From Alkalispirochaeta sp. (GTDB taxonomy: Bacteria; Spirochaetota; Spirochaetia; DSM-27196; Alkalispirochaetaceae): a stretch of 64,000 bases of DNA. The position numbers and the translations under genes were made by a program. Below, one piece after another: positions 18,431 to 30,868 of this stretch; position 1 is the stretch's first letter; the number at the start of each line of letters is the position of its first letter. The notes under the pieces are model-generated. The model ran no database searches and had not been told where the DNA came from. It was given only the letters and a program-made list of their open reading frames with translations. The stretch is from contig CBDESZ010000013.1 of NCBI GenBank assembly GCA_965242725.1, positions 1 to 64,000 of the forward strand. Reading direction: 5' to 3'.

Positions 18431-19459
18431 TCAGGGGCGCGCAAAGGCGTCCGACACGGCGCGGGCAAAGGTCTCGTATTCATGGCAGAGGCGGTCTTCC
18501 AGGGCGTCCAGCCGGGAATCGGGCTCCAGCCCGTCGCGCTTCCACGATTCAAGAACCTCTTCCAACCCGTCCCGCAGCGTCCGCCTGAAGGTGAAACCAG
18601 GTACGGCGCGGCGGAACTTGGTGCCGTCAAAGAGTCCGGGATAGCGCTTTTCAAAGAAGAGATGGCCGCCCCGCTCGGGGGACGCGCCGAATAGTACCGC
18701 CGCGGGAATATAGGTGAATTCAGGCTCCCGCCCGACGATCTCCCCGAATGTCCGGTAGAGGTCTCTCCACAGCGTCGGCTCCTCGGTGGCGATATGAAAG
18801 TCCTCACCAAAGGCTGCCGGATTACCGAGAAGCTCCACCATACCCCGGGCAACATCGTCGGCAAAGGAGAAGGACCACAAGCCCGTTCCGTCACCGAAAA
18901 GGACAAGCGGTCTGCCCCGCTTCAGGCGGTTCACAATATTCATGTTCTGTCGCAAAACGCCCACGTTGCGTGCTCCCGGACCAAAGGTGAGCGACGGCCT
19001 GACGATCGTCACCGGCGGGTGGGTCCCCCGGTACTCCTGAAAGGTCCGCTCCATTTCCCCCTTTTCAAACCCGTAGGTGTAGTCCCGGTCGGTACAATAC
19101 GTCTCGGCCTCTTCCCGGGTGGGAATGGATGTGTAGGGACGCTCGTACGCCGCAACTGAAGAGAGGACCAGTACGTGGTCACAGCGGTCGCGGAAGAGCC
19201 CCATCGTGGCGCGGGCATCGGCAGGAGAAAAACAGATCACGTCGATGACGTAGGTGAACGACCGCCCCTTCAATTGCCGCTCCAGCCCGTCCACATCGTG
19301 GCGATCACATACGATGAGCTCCGCTTCTCGCGGAACGACATCGCGGTTCGTCCCGCGATTGACCACTGTGACACCCACCCCGCGGTTGATGAGTTCCGTT
19401 ACCACCGCCCGGCTGATAACGCCGGTGCCGCCGAGTATGAGCGCTGTTTTTCCGTTCAT
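18431..19459 (-). CDS. NAD-dependent epimerase/dehydratase family (atypical SDR)
   Basis: LILGGTGVIS Rossmann motif, YGFEK, TIVRPSLTFG. Confidence 0.85.
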   Translation of the reverse strand: MNGKTALILGGTGVISRAVVTELINRGVGVTVVNRGTNRDVVPREAELIVCDRHDVDGLERQLKGRSFTYVIDVICFSPADARATMGLFRDRCDHVLVLSSVAAYERPYTSIPTREEAETYCTDRDYTYGFEKGEMERTFQEYRGTHPPVTIVRPSLTFGPGARNVGVLRQNMNIVNRLKRGRPLVLFGDGTGLWSFSFADDVARGMVELLGNPAAFGEDFHIATEEPTLWRDLYRTFGEIVGREPEFTYIPAAVLFGASPERGGHLFFEKRYPGLFDGTKFRRAVPGFTFRRTLRDGLEEVLESWKRDGLEPDSRLDALEDRLCHEYETFARAVSDAFARP

Positions 19460-19470
19460 CCCTTCGCCTC

Positions 19471-20211
19471 TCAATCCATTAAAAAGCCGCCGTTGATGTT
19501 CAGCACCTCTCCGGTGATGAATGCCGCGTCGTCGGACGCCAGGAAGAGCGTCGCGGCGGCGACCTCCTCGGGCCGGCAGAGGCGTTTCAGCGGAATTGAT
19601 TCAATCACATCCCGCCGCTTCTCCTCCGACCACTGGGCGCTCATATCCGTCTCCACCGCGTGGGGCGCCACCGCATTGACGGTGATTCCGTACTGAGCCA
19701 GTGAGCGTGCCAGCGATTTGGTGAGGGTGTTTACCGCCCCCTTTGACGTTCCATAGGCGGGGGCCGCCGTGATGTCGCCCATCTTTCCGGCTATGGAGGT
19801 GATATTCACGATCCGCCCGTACTCCTTCTTGACCATGTGGGGAATGACCGACTTGCAGCAATTGAAGGCGCCGTTCACATTCACATTCATCACCGCCTGC
19901 CACTCTTCATGGGAGAGCGTCTCTATCGTACCCCGGGCGATGATACCCGCGTTATTGACGAGAATATCCACCGTTCCGCGATCGGCGACGAGGTGCCGCA
20001 CGATGTCATCCACCGCATTGTGGTCGGTGATATCCACCGCAAAGGGAACGGCATTTCCGCCACCCGCCTGTATGTCCGCCGCGGTATCGTCAACGTTGTC
20101 CCGGTCCAGGAGGACAACGGTCGCTCCCTGGCCGGCAAATGTCACGGCAATCGCCCGTCCGATGCCACGGGCGGCACCGGTTACCACGGCAATTCGATTT
20201 TTCAGTTTCAT
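19471..20211 (-). CDS. Classical SDR oxidoreductase (FabG-like)
   Basis: TGAARGIG, NNAG, YGTSK. Confidence 0.92.
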   Translation of the reverse strand: MKLKNRIAVVTGAARGIGRAIAVTFAGQGATVVLLDRDNVDDTAADIQAGGGNAVPFAVDITDHNAVDDIVRHLVADRGTVDILVNNAGIIARGTIETLSHEEWQAVMNVNVNGAFNCCKSVIPHMVKKEYGRIVNITSIAGKMGDITAAPAYGTSKGAVNTLTKSLARSLAQYGITVNAVAPHAVETDMSAQWSEEKRRDVIESIPLKRLCRPEEVAAATLFLASDDAAFITGEVLNINGGFLMD

Positions 20212-20226
20212 AGAATCTCTCCTGTA

Positions 20227-21510
20227 TCAGCTTCCGTAGAGCAACCGCGGGAAAAAGAGCACCAGATCCGGCAGAAAGACGAGAATCCCGATCTGTATGA
20301 GAAAGGCGACAAGAAATACGAGGAACTCCCGCAGGTACTCCCTGGTCGGACAATCAAGAATGGAACAGACCGTATACATCGAAATCCCGATGGGCGGCGT
20401 CAGAAGGCCCATGGTGATGACGGAGCACATAATCAGGCCGAAGTGAACGGGATCGACACCGAGGGTGCGAACCATGGGAAGAAGTATCGGCGTCAGCAGG
20501 AGAATTGCCACTGACCCTTCCATAAACATGCCCACGATGACCAGAAAAAAGATGATCACCAGCATGACGATATTGGCATCCACGGAGACACCGGTGATAA
20601 ACTTCGTCAACGCCTGGGGCACTCGGTCAATGGGAATGCCATATGCAAAGAGCGAGGAGAGGGCGATGATAAACATGATCGCGCCGATATCGCGGATCGT
20701 CACATTGAGGGTCTCCACAAAGCGTTCCCATGTAAACTCCTTGTAGACAAAGACACCCACCGCCATTGCGTAGACACAGGCAAAGGCACCGACCTCGGAG
20801 GGAGTGAAGAGGCCGAATCGGATTCCCACAAGAAGGAGGATCGGAAATACGAGGGCCCACACCGTTTCACCGAGGGAGGAGAAGATCTCCCGTGCCGATG
20901 CCCGGGTCGGTCGCTCCGGTTTCCACCCCCGGATTCCCGCGGTCACCCTCACGGTTCCCATCATGACAAGCATCATGATAAGCCCCACCATGAGTCCGGC
21001 GGCAAAGAGCCGTCCGATGGAAACCTCCCCGACCGTTCCATAGATGATAATGCCGATACCCGGAGGAATCGTGGCGGTGATCAATGAGGTAAATCCGATC
21101 ACGCTGGCCGTGTATCCCCGGGTATAACCGCGCTGTATCATGCTCGGACCGAGAATACGTGATTCCATCGCCGCATCGGCGGTGGCGGAGCCGGAAACGC
21201 CCCCCATGAGGGTACTCAGGACGACGCTCACCTGGGCAAGGCCACCCTTCATATGTCCGGTAAGGAGTGTAGATAACCGCACGAGCCGCTCGGTAATGCC
21301 CGTGGCGTTCATGAGGTTACCCGCAAATATGAAGAGGGGAATCGCCAGCATCGGTACGCGCTGCGTCTGCGACACCGGCAGCTGGGCTATCATCGTCATA
21401 GGCAGCTCCGGATGCTGAAGAAAGAAGGTAGCCCCGGATATTCCTATGGCAAAGGCAACGGGCATTCCTATGGTGAGACAGATCACAAAGACGACGGCTA
21501 CGACGATCAT
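20227..21510 (-). CDS. dctM: TRAP transporter large permease
   Basis: LAIPLFIFAG, GVSGSATADA, FTPSE, VDPVHFG. Confidence 0.93.
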   Translation of the reverse strand: MIVVAVVFVICLTIGMPVAFAIGISGATFFLQHPELPMTMIAQLPVSQTQRVPMLAIPLFIFAGNLMNATGITERLVRLSTLLTGHMKGGLAQVSVVLSTLMGGVSGSATADAAMESRILGPSMIQRGYTRGYTASVIGFTSLITATIPPGIGIIIYGTVGEVSIGRLFAAGLMVGLIMMLVMMGTVRVTAGIRGWKPERPTRASAREIFSSLGETVWALVFPILLLVGIRFGLFTPSEVGAFACVYAMAVGVFVYKEFTWERFVETLNVTIRDIGAIMFIIALSSLFAYGIPIDRVPQALTKFITGVSVDANIVMLVIIFFLVIVGMFMEGSVAILLLTPILLPMVRTLGVDPVHFGLIMCSVITMGLLTPPIGISMYTVCSILDCPTREYLREFLVFLVAFLIQIGILVFLPDLVLFFPRLLYGS

Positions 21511-22013
21511 ATGACAGCTTCCTCTCTGTTTTCGTCCCGTCCGGAGGACGGACCAAACAGGGCGACGATCTTTTCAATTGTCGATCTGACAAGAAGCATG
21601 CTTCCAATGGGAAGGCTCAGGGTGATCCATGAGTAACTGAACGACGGAATTCCCTGAAAGGCGCGCTCCCGCGTTTTATACGCAAGGATAAAGCCGAAGT
21701 ATACAAGGGCGACAAGAAATACCAGAATGATCAGGTAAATCAACAGTTGCAGCCCTTTTCTCGCCCTGTCGGGAAGGGCGGTGATCAGAAAGTCGAGATT
21801 CACCAGCTTGTTTTCCCGATAGGCTACGTCGGCGCTGAAAAAAGTTGCCCACGCAAAGAGAAAGAGTGAGATATCCAGGGACCAGTTTATCGGCCTGGAA
21901 ATTGACCGCATGACGGCGGCGCCGAAAATCAGCGCCGTCGAGGAAACGAGACAGAAGGCGGCAACAACCGCCTCTGTCTGCTGAACTCTTCGTTCCAGTT
22001 TTTCAAGCTTCAT
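21507..22013 (-). CDS. dctQ: TRAP transporter small permease
   Basis: 4-TM protein between dctP and dctM; ATGA overlap with dctM. Confidence 0.88.
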   Translation of the reverse strand: MKLEKLERRVQQTEAVVAAFCLVSSTALIFGAAVMRSISRPINWSLDISLFLFAWATFFSADVAYRENKLVNLDFLITALPDRARKGLQLLIYLIILVFLVALVYFGFILAYKTRERAFQGIPSFSYSWITLSLPIGSMLLVRSTIEKIVALFGPSSGRDENREEAVI

Positions 22014-22028
22014 ACGGTATTGTAGAAA

Positions 22029-23033
22029 TTACTTGCCCATTTCCGCAAAAATCTGATTCCGGACATCCAGAAGGCCAAGCGCCTCGAATGCCGAATCCGA
22101 TGCCGCCTTGAACGCCTCGATATCGATTTCATCATTGGTGATGATGGTCATACCTTCTGCCTGGAGATTTTCCTTGGCCTGATCCACCAGCTCACCCATG
22201 ATGCGGCGAGAAACTTCCAGACCTGCCCGCTCACACTCTTCTTCAAGAATCGTCTGGTACTCAGCGGGAAGGGAGTCAAACCACTCGGCGCTGACGATGG
22301 CAAAGTTGATGAGCATGATGTGCTGCGTCTCAATGAGATAGTCCAGAACTTCATACATGCGGGTGCTGTAGGTAGCGGGATAGACGTTTCCCGCACCGTC
22401 GACAACCTTGGTCTGTACGCCGGTATAGACTTCGCCGTAATCGAGGGCGACGGGAGTTGCACCGAGGGAACGGATCGATTCCATCCAGATCGGTGCGTTG
22501 GGAGAACGGATACGCAATCCCTGGACGTCTGCGGGAGAATGGACGGGTTTATTGGTCAGGAGGTTCCGGAAACCCTGTACCCAGCTGAAGGAAAGCACTT
22601 TAATGCCGTATTCGTCTGCAAGCTGCTCTTTCCACCCCTGAACGGTATCCAGGGTATTTAGGGTCTCAACTTCTTCCAGGGAGTCGGCAAAATAGGGACC
22701 GTTCATCACGGCGATACCGGGAACGTAGTTCCCCAGACGTGCGGAGTCGGTATTCTGACCGATGTTGGCACCCTGGCGGATCTGCTCGATGATGTCCTCT
22801 TCCACTCCGAGTTGGGCGCTGTGGTAAACTTCAATCGTAAGGTTGCCGTCGGTACGCTCAGCGACGCGCTCGGCCCACTTGAGATAGGCGCCGTGGTAGG
22901 GGTCCTGCTCAGTCAATACGTGGTTGAACCGAAGAACATATTGCTGCTCACCTCCCTCACTCTGTCCTGACGCGAAGACAAGTCCTCCCACGAGAACTGT
23001 CGTAACAATAACAAGAACTAACAACCGTTTCAT
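22029..23033 (-). CDS. dctP: TRAP substrate-binding protein
   Basis: YHSAQLG, GFRNL, GLRIRSP, YTGVQTKVVDG. Confidence 0.93.
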   Translation of the reverse strand: MKRLLVLVIVTTVLVGGLVFASGQSEGGEQQYVLRFNHVLTEQDPYHGAYLKWAERVAERTDGNLTIEVYHSAQLGVEEDIIEQIRQGANIGQNTDSARLGNYVPGIAVMNGPYFADSLEEVETLNTLDTVQGWKEQLADEYGIKVLSFSWVQGFRNLLTNKPVHSPADVQGLRIRSPNAPIWMESIRSLGATPVALDYGEVYTGVQTKVVDGAGNVYPATYSTRMYEVLDYLIETQHIMLINFAIVSAEWFDSLPAEYQTILEEECERAGLEVSRRIMGELVDQAKENLQAEGMTIITNDEIDIEAFKAASDSAFEALGLLDVRNQIFAEMGK

Positions 23034-23043
23034 ATAACCTCCT

Positions 23044-23061
23044 TAACTGATATATCAGTTA
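23044..23061. promoter_or_regulatory. Perfect 18-bp palindrome, probable GntR operator
   Basis: TAACTGATATATCAGTTA, between the dctP promoter and its RBS. Confidence 0.75.
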
Positions 23062-23067
23062 TAATTC

Positions 23068-23096
23068 ATCTTAGACCCGCCGATTTTTGCTGTCAA
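23068..23096 (-). promoter_or_regulatory. Sigma70-type promoter of the dctPQM-SDR operon
   Basis: TTGACA, 17 nt spacer, TAAGAT. Confidence 0.7.
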
Positions 23097-23159
23097 CTGA
23101 AAATTTTATTGCCTGCCGGCTTTCTTCGGTTGCAACCTGAAATATAGAAGGCGTATGAT

Positions 23160-23897
23160 ATGGGTGTCGTGCTAATCCAGGAACGAGAAATCTCCCCCAT
23201 TCACCTCCATTCCGCATCGGAAGGCCGAAGTCTCAGCGACCGCGTGTATGATTATCTTTCGGAGCAGATCATTACCGGTGCGATCGCATACGGGGACCGC
23301 CTCAATATCAAGCACATCGCGGCGCAGCTCAACGTAAGTACCATACCGATCAGGGACGCCATGAAACGGCTTGAGCAGGAGCATGTCATCAGGATCCACC
23401 CCAGGAGCCATTGCACCGTCCGCATCCCCACAAAGAAGGGAATTCTCGATGCCATCGACTCACGAAGAATGGTGGAGCTTTTTGCCCTGCGTTCCGTATA
23501 CGGAACGGTCACGTCGGATCAGCTCGGTCGACTGAAATCGATCGTGGCGGACATGGACAGGATCGCCCGGGACCCGGAATCCCAGGATATTCCTTCAAGG
23601 GTCGCCAGGTATATAGAACTTGACCGGCAATTCCATACTGAAATCTGCAACCTGCCGCAAAACGACTATCTCCGACGCTTTTACCGGGAGATCAACATGC
23701 ATTTGAGCATGAGTTTCAGTTACGGTATCGGGGTGTGTCACGGCATTGAATCAACTTTCAAGGAACACAAGGAGATACTGCGTCTCCTTGAGGAGCACTC
23801 CCGTCAGGCAATTACCGTTCTGGAGCAGCATCTCCTTCACAGCAGAAAGAACATCATCGGGGAAGCGCGTTTTCAGTCGCTCCCGCCTGAAGAATAG
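23160..23897 (+). CDS. GntR family (FCD) transcriptional regulator
   Basis: LSDRVYDYL, LNVSTIPIRDA HTH, DRQFH and EHKEIL. The true start may be a few codons later. Confidence 0.9.
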   Translation: MGVVLIQEREISPIHLHSASEGRSLSDRVYDYLSEQIITGAIAYGDRLNIKHIAAQLNVSTIPIRDAMKRLEQEHVIRIHPRSHCTVRIPTKKGILDAIDSRRMVELFALRSVYGTVTSDQLGRLKSIVADMDRIARDPESQDIPSRVARYIELDRQFHTEICNLPQNDYLRRFYREINMHLSMSFSYGIGVCHGIESTFKEHKEILRLLEEHSRQAITVLEQHLLHSRKNIIGEARFQSLPPEE

Positions 23898-25371
23898 CGG
23901 CGTCTCCCGATACGCGGACACAGGCACCATCTTCACTCCAGCGGCTGAACTCCCCATCCAGTTCCTCAGCAAGCGCCCGGACGACGGTCAATCCGATGCC
24001 GTCGCCGGCGGATTGTTCCGAACCGTCGGCAAAACCGGGGCCGTTGTCTGAAACGGTCAGGCTCCACCGTTTCGCGCTGAGCCGAAAAGAGATCTTTATC
24101 TTCAGCTCTTTTTTGTCTTCCGCCGGGCGATAGGCATACTTGTAGGCGTTGGTAATGAGTTCATGAATGATCAGTCCCAGACGTCGTACCATATCCACGC
24201 CGAGAACGATCGGCTGGATGTCCAGCTCCACCCGTTCCGACAGCTCCCGTTCGCCCCAACCGGAAGCAAGCTGCCGTACAAGGGATCGGCAGTACTCGTC
24301 AAAGGGAAGAGAGGACATGCGGGCGTTGCCGTAGAGCAGCTCGTGAACCAGGGCGATCGATCGTATCCGTCCCCGAAAGGCAAGAACGGTCTCCCGCGCC
24401 CGTGAGTCTTCAATGGAATCCGCTGAAAGGGAAAGCAGTCCTTCCAGGATGCCGAGGTGGTTTTTCACACGGTGATTCGTCTCCCTCACAACCATTTCCT
24501 GGCTCCGCAGCATCGCCTCCTGGGTATTCCGGCGATGAATCTGGACAAAGAGAATCGCCAGGACCGCGTGGCCGAGAGCGAGATAGACGATACGCCACCA
24601 TAAACCTCTCTTCCACGCCCCCAGTACGTAATCGGAGTCAAAGGTGAGGACCACAAAAAAGGGGTGAGTACGCAGCTGCATGAGAGCAAAGACCGTCCCG
24701 TCACGGGAATCAACCGCCAGGGTACGTCCCTCCTCCGCTTTCGTCCGGATAAAATAGGCTCTACTGTCTGCCCGCGGGTCCGGCCACGCGGCAAGCTCGA
24801 CACCATCTCGGGTGTAGAGACTTGCCCATATGCCTGAACCGAGGGACAGTCTGAAGGTCTCTGCGATATACTTCCCGGGGATACAGGCAAACAGGATGTG
24901 CCCGCTTTCAAGTCTTCGTGATATTCCGATCGTCCCCTCACCGGCGTCATCGATACCGGTAAATATCTGGGTTGTACTCAGTGAACCTGTGTGCGCCCGA
25001 GTGACCTCATCGGGAAGCTCCGCCGGGGGACGCGGAGACCCGGGGCGCAGCGGCGTGCTCAACACCCCTGATGCGTCATATACCCCGCCGTTTGCGATAT
25101 GGGAGGAGAAAAGCAGTTCATCCTGTAACCGCTGGGCGCTGTTCACAGCCGACGGGGCGCTCCCTGCGGCGACGACGGCGAGGGACTCCTCGGTCATGCG
25201 GACAATATCGTCCACCGAAGTTCTGAGTAACTGGACGTAGGTCATCGCGAGGGTCTCAGTCGAATTGATTTCACGAAGACGGTACAACCACAGATCCACA
25301 ACGACAAAGACGGTCGCCATGAGCGATATTGCAGCATAAACGACGACGAGGTATCGCAGCTCCCGTTTCAT
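23854..25371 (-). CDS. Membrane sensor histidine kinase, HisKA_2 family, with a large extracytoplasmic domain
   Basis: Two TM segments; ETNHRVKNHL, HELITNAYKYA, DNGPG, GIGL. Confidence 0.88.
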   Translation of the reverse strand: MKRELRYLVVVYAAISLMATVFVVVDLWLYRLREINSTETLAMTYVQLLRTSVDDIVRMTEESLAVVAAGSAPSAVNSAQRLQDELLFSSHIANGGVYDASGVLSTPLRPGSPRPPAELPDEVTRAHTGSLSTTQIFTGIDDAGEGTIGISRRLESGHILFACIPGKYIAETFRLSLGSGIWASLYTRDGVELAAWPDPRADSRAYFIRTKAEEGRTLAVDSRDGTVFALMQLRTHPFFVVLTFDSDYVLGAWKRGLWWRIVYLALGHAVLAILFVQIHRRNTQEAMLRSQEMVVRETNHRVKNHLGILEGLLSLSADSIEDSRARETVLAFRGRIRSIALVHELLYGNARMSSLPFDEYCRSLVRQLASGWGERELSERVELDIQPIVLGVDMVRRLGLIIHELITNAYKYAYRPAEDKKELKIKISFRLSAKRWSLTVSDNGPGFADGSEQSAGDGIGLTVVRALAEELDGEFSRWSEDGACVRVSGDAAILQAGATENALPR

Positions 25372-26402
25372 TGTTCCGCCGCCGCACCCATCACATCGAG
25401 AATGCCTTCAGGAACACCCATTTCCCGCGCAAACCGTTCCTGATGGGACATGAGCTCGGTACGCACCCTGTTGAGTTCGACTTCTCCGACGACGTAAATA
25501 CCGATACCCCTCGATACAAGTATTCGCCGTGATTCCGTTGCCGCACGTCGTGCATTCCTGCGCTGGCCATCAACGACGGCGTCCCAGGCCTCACGAATGA
25601 TCTCCCGGTCTTCGGGACGCAGGGTCATCCAGAAGGAACGTCGAATGAGGGGTATGTACTGGGGAAAATACTGTGAATCCTCAAGCGCATTTGATACGCC
25701 GTAGCGCCAGAGCTCACCGCTCCGTACCGTCTCGTACGCGGTGAGAACGCCGTCTATGCGTCCGTTGAGGAGCCGTTGCGGCAGATCGGTCCAGGGAATC
25801 GATATCGGCCGGGCGCCAAGGGCTTCAACGCGCAGCTCATTTCCCAGGCCGCCCGCTACGCGTATGGTCAGACCGTCAAGCTGGTCGTGCCCCGTCACGG
25901 CGCGGCCCAGAAAGAACAAATGACCGTGACCAAGATCAAACCAGCGTCCCGGGACAACCACACCGAGAGCCGTTTCCAGGCGCTCGGTGATCAGCCGGCC
26001 CAGCTCACCGTCGGAGTGGTGGTGTATAAAATCGGCACTTCTCCCGAAAAAATAGGGGAGAAGAAAGGCGGACACCGCCGGTTCAAATCGACTGATGTTC
26101 CACGTTCCCGGTACCGCCATTTCCACCTGACCGTTCCGTAACGCCTGAAAGACATCGACATCGCGGAAGAGACTGCCGGAATGGTACACCTCGACGGTGA
26201 TACGTCCGTCGCTCCGGCGCTCAACCTCGCGGGCAAAGGCTTGAATTCCCCGGGTCTGGACGTGGTCTTCGGCGTTTTCCGATGAAACACGAATTGTGAC
26301 CGGTTGGGCGGCGATATACCGGGGGCCGATAAGACAAAAGGTAGTAAGAAACAGGAGAAAACTGATGCGAAGTACCACTACCTGTATTGTAGGATATTTC
26401 AA
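25368..26402 (-). CDS. Orphan DctP-like TRAP substrate-binding protein
   Basis: SDGRITVEVYHSGSLF, GLTIRV, LGARP; no dctQM adjacent; ATGA overlap with the kinase. Confidence 0.82.
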   Translation of the reverse strand: MKYPTIQVVVLRISFLLFLTTFCLIGPRYIAAQPVTIRVSSENAEDHVQTRGIQAFAREVERRSDGRITVEVYHSGSLFRDVDVFQALRNGQVEMAVPGTWNISRFEPAVSAFLLPYFFGRSADFIHHHSDGELGRLITERLETALGVVVPGRWFDLGHGHLFFLGRAVTGHDQLDGLTIRVAGGLGNELRVEALGARPISIPWTDLPQRLLNGRIDGVLTAYETVRSGELWRYGVSNALEDSQYFPQYIPLIRRSFWMTLRPEDREIIREAWDAVVDGQRRNARRAATESRRILVSRGIGIYVVGEVELNRVRTELMSHQERFAREMGVPEGILDVMGAAAEQ

Positions 26403-26474
26403 TTTCCATGCAAGGACGGGAAACGGGGAATATGATATACTCAGGTATCAATCACATACACAGAGGAGATTTCC

Positions 26475-27584
26475 ATGAAATCACTGGTAGACCAGGTTCA
26501 AGAAACGCTCTTGATGGGTCCCGGACCGTCTTCGGTGCCGCCGGAGGTGTATCGCGCCCTGTCACAGTACAGTCTCGGTCACCTCGATCCGTATTTTATC
26601 AAGATCATGGACGCCATCAAAGGACAGCTCCGTGAGGTCATGCAGACAAGGAACAAGATCACCCTTCCCATGTCGGGCACCGGTAGTGCCGGAATGGAAA
26701 CGGTTCTGGTAAATCTGATAGAGCCGAATGACAACGTCCTGGTCCTCATAAACGGCGTTTTCGGCGGAAGGATGAAAGAGATCGCCACGCGCCTGCGGGC
26801 TGAGGTGGATACCCTTGAATTTGAATGGGGTACACCTGTCATTGCAGAGGACGTCAGAAAGCAGCTTGAGAAAAAGACGTACAAGATTGTCGCCGTTGTG
26901 CACGCGGAGACGTCCACGGGCGTCGCCAATCCGGTGGAGGCAATTTCCGGAGTCGTGCGGGAGCATGGTGCGCTCTTTGTCGTCGACGCGGTGACGAGTC
27001 TCGGCGGCATGCCCGTTCTCGTCGATGAATGGGGGATTGACGCCCTCTACAGCGGTACACAGAAATGTCTCTCCTGCCCGCCCGGACTGGCACCGGTCAC
27101 CATTTCCGAGCGCGCCGCGCAAACCATCACCTCCCGCAAGACAAAGGTGCCCAACTGGTACCTTGACCTGAGCCTCCTCATGAACTACTGGGAAGGTTCC
27201 ACCCGGGCATACCACCACACGGCGCCGATAAACATGAACTACGCCCTCTATGCGGCGCTGAAGGTCGTCCTTGACGAGGGGCTTGAGAAGGTATGGGCCC
27301 GGCATCACGAGACTCATCGCTACCTTGTGGAACGATTCGGTGAACTGGGCTTCAAGATGCTTGTGGACGAGCCCTATCGCCTGCCGATGCTCAACGCGGT
27401 GGTTATCCCCGACGGTGTAGATGACAAGGATGTGCGCAGTCGCCTTCTCAATGAACACCGTATTGAAATCGGCGGTGGTCTGGGCGCCCTGGCGGGAAAA
27501 ATCTGGCGGGTCGGTATCATGGGCTACAACGCACGCACCGAAACGGTGGATCGACTGGTGGAGGCGCTCAGAAAAATTCTCTGA
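26475..27584 (+). CDS. Alanine--glyoxylate/serine--pyruvate aminotransferase family (class V PLP)
   Basis: LLMGPGPS, VHAETSTG, VDAVTSLGG, SGTQKCL, WRVGIMG. Confidence 0.92.
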   Translation: MKSLVDQVQETLLMGPGPSSVPPEVYRALSQYSLGHLDPYFIKIMDAIKGQLREVMQTRNKITLPMSGTGSAGMETVLVNLIEPNDNVLVLINGVFGGRMKEIATRLRAEVDTLEFEWGTPVIAEDVRKQLEKKTYKIVAVVHAETSTGVANPVEAISGVVREHGALFVVDAVTSLGGMPVLVDEWGIDALYSGTQKCLSCPPGLAPVTISERAAQTITSRKTKVPNWYLDLSLLMNYWEGSTRAYHHTAPINMNYALYAALKVVLDEGLEKVWARHHETHRYLVERFGELGFKMLVDEPYRLPMLNAVVIPDGVDDKDVRSRLLNEHRIEIGGGLGALAGKIWRVGIMGYNARTETVDRLVEALRKIL

Positions 27585-27619
27585 GTCGGTCCGGAGACCG
27601 AAGATTACCAACGTGGTAA

Positions 27620-29863
<2,244 letters not shown>

Positions 29864-29866
29864 GCA

Positions 29867-30868
29867 ATGACCTACCGCGCTCTCATCGTCCGGGAAGAGT
29901 CGTCCGGCGTTTTCACGCGACGCGTGGAGGACCGGCGGGTGGAGGACCTGCCCGCCGGTGAGCTCACCGTAAGGGTCAGCCACTCTTCACTCAATTACAA
30001 GGACGCCCTCTCCGCCTCGGGGAATAAGGGCGTGACCAGGAACTATCCCCATCAGCCGGGAATCGACGCGGCGGGAAGGGTGGTTGAGTCATCGGTTTCC
30101 GGATTTTCACCCGGCGACAGGGTGATCGTCGACGGCGGCGATCTCGGAATGAATACCCCCGGCGGATTCGGCGAGTACATTCGCGTTCCCGCCGCGTGGG
30201 CGGTGTTGCTGCCCGAAGGCCTTTCTCCGGCGGTCGCCATGGCGATAGGCACCGCCGGATTCACCGCCGCCCTCTCGGTGGAGGAGATTACCAGGACGAC
30301 CTCTCCCGATCAGGGTGAAATTCTCGTGACCGGCGCCACCGGAGGGGTCGGTACATTTGCGGTGAAGCTCCTTGCGGCGGCGGGTTATTCCGTCTGTGCC
30401 GTCACGGGCAAGGAAGAGGCGAAAGAGTACCTCCGACGTCTCGGCGCGAAGCGGATCATCAGCCGGGAAGAGGCGCAGGCCGGCGGGGAACGGCCCCTGC
30501 TCTCCGCCGTGTGGGCGGGGGTTGTCGATGCGGTGGGAGGTCCGATTCTCGCCGCGGCAATCAAGGCGTGCAAACCGGGCGCCACCGTCACGGCGTGCGG
30601 CAATGCGTCGTCGCCGGATCTGCCCCTTACGGTCTATCCCTTCATTCTCCGGGGAGTCAGGCTCATCGGTATCGACAGTACCACCTGCCCCCAGAAGCGG
30701 CGACAGGAGGTCTGGAACCGGCTCGCCGGTGAACTCGGTGGTGCTGATGAATTCTTCCATCTCGTCGCCAGGACGGTGCCGCTTGACGAGCTGAACGACG
30801 AAATCGATACGATGCTGAAGGGCGGTGTCCGGGGACGGGTCGTCGTCACCTGTGGGGAAAGCGAATAA
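29867..30868 (+). CDS. YhdH/YhfP family MDR oxidoreductase (AcuI-like)
   Basis: SSLNYKDAL, PGIDAAG, IGTAGFTA, TGATGGVG, PFILRGVRLIGIDS. Confidence 0.9.
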   Translation: MTYRALIVREESSGVFTRRVEDRRVEDLPAGELTVRVSHSSLNYKDALSASGNKGVTRNYPHQPGIDAAGRVVESSVSGFSPGDRVIVDGGDLGMNTPGGFGEYIRVPAAWAVLLPEGLSPAVAMAIGTAGFTAALSVEEITRTTSPDQGEILVTGATGGVGTFAVKLLAAAGYSVCAVTGKEEAKEYLRRLGAKRIISREEAQAGGERPLLSAVWAGVVDAVGGPILAAAIKACKPGATVTACGNASSPDLPLTVYPFILRGVRLIGIDSTTCPQKRRQEVWNRLAGELGGADEFFHLVARTVPLDELNDEIDTMLKGGVRGRVVVTCGESE

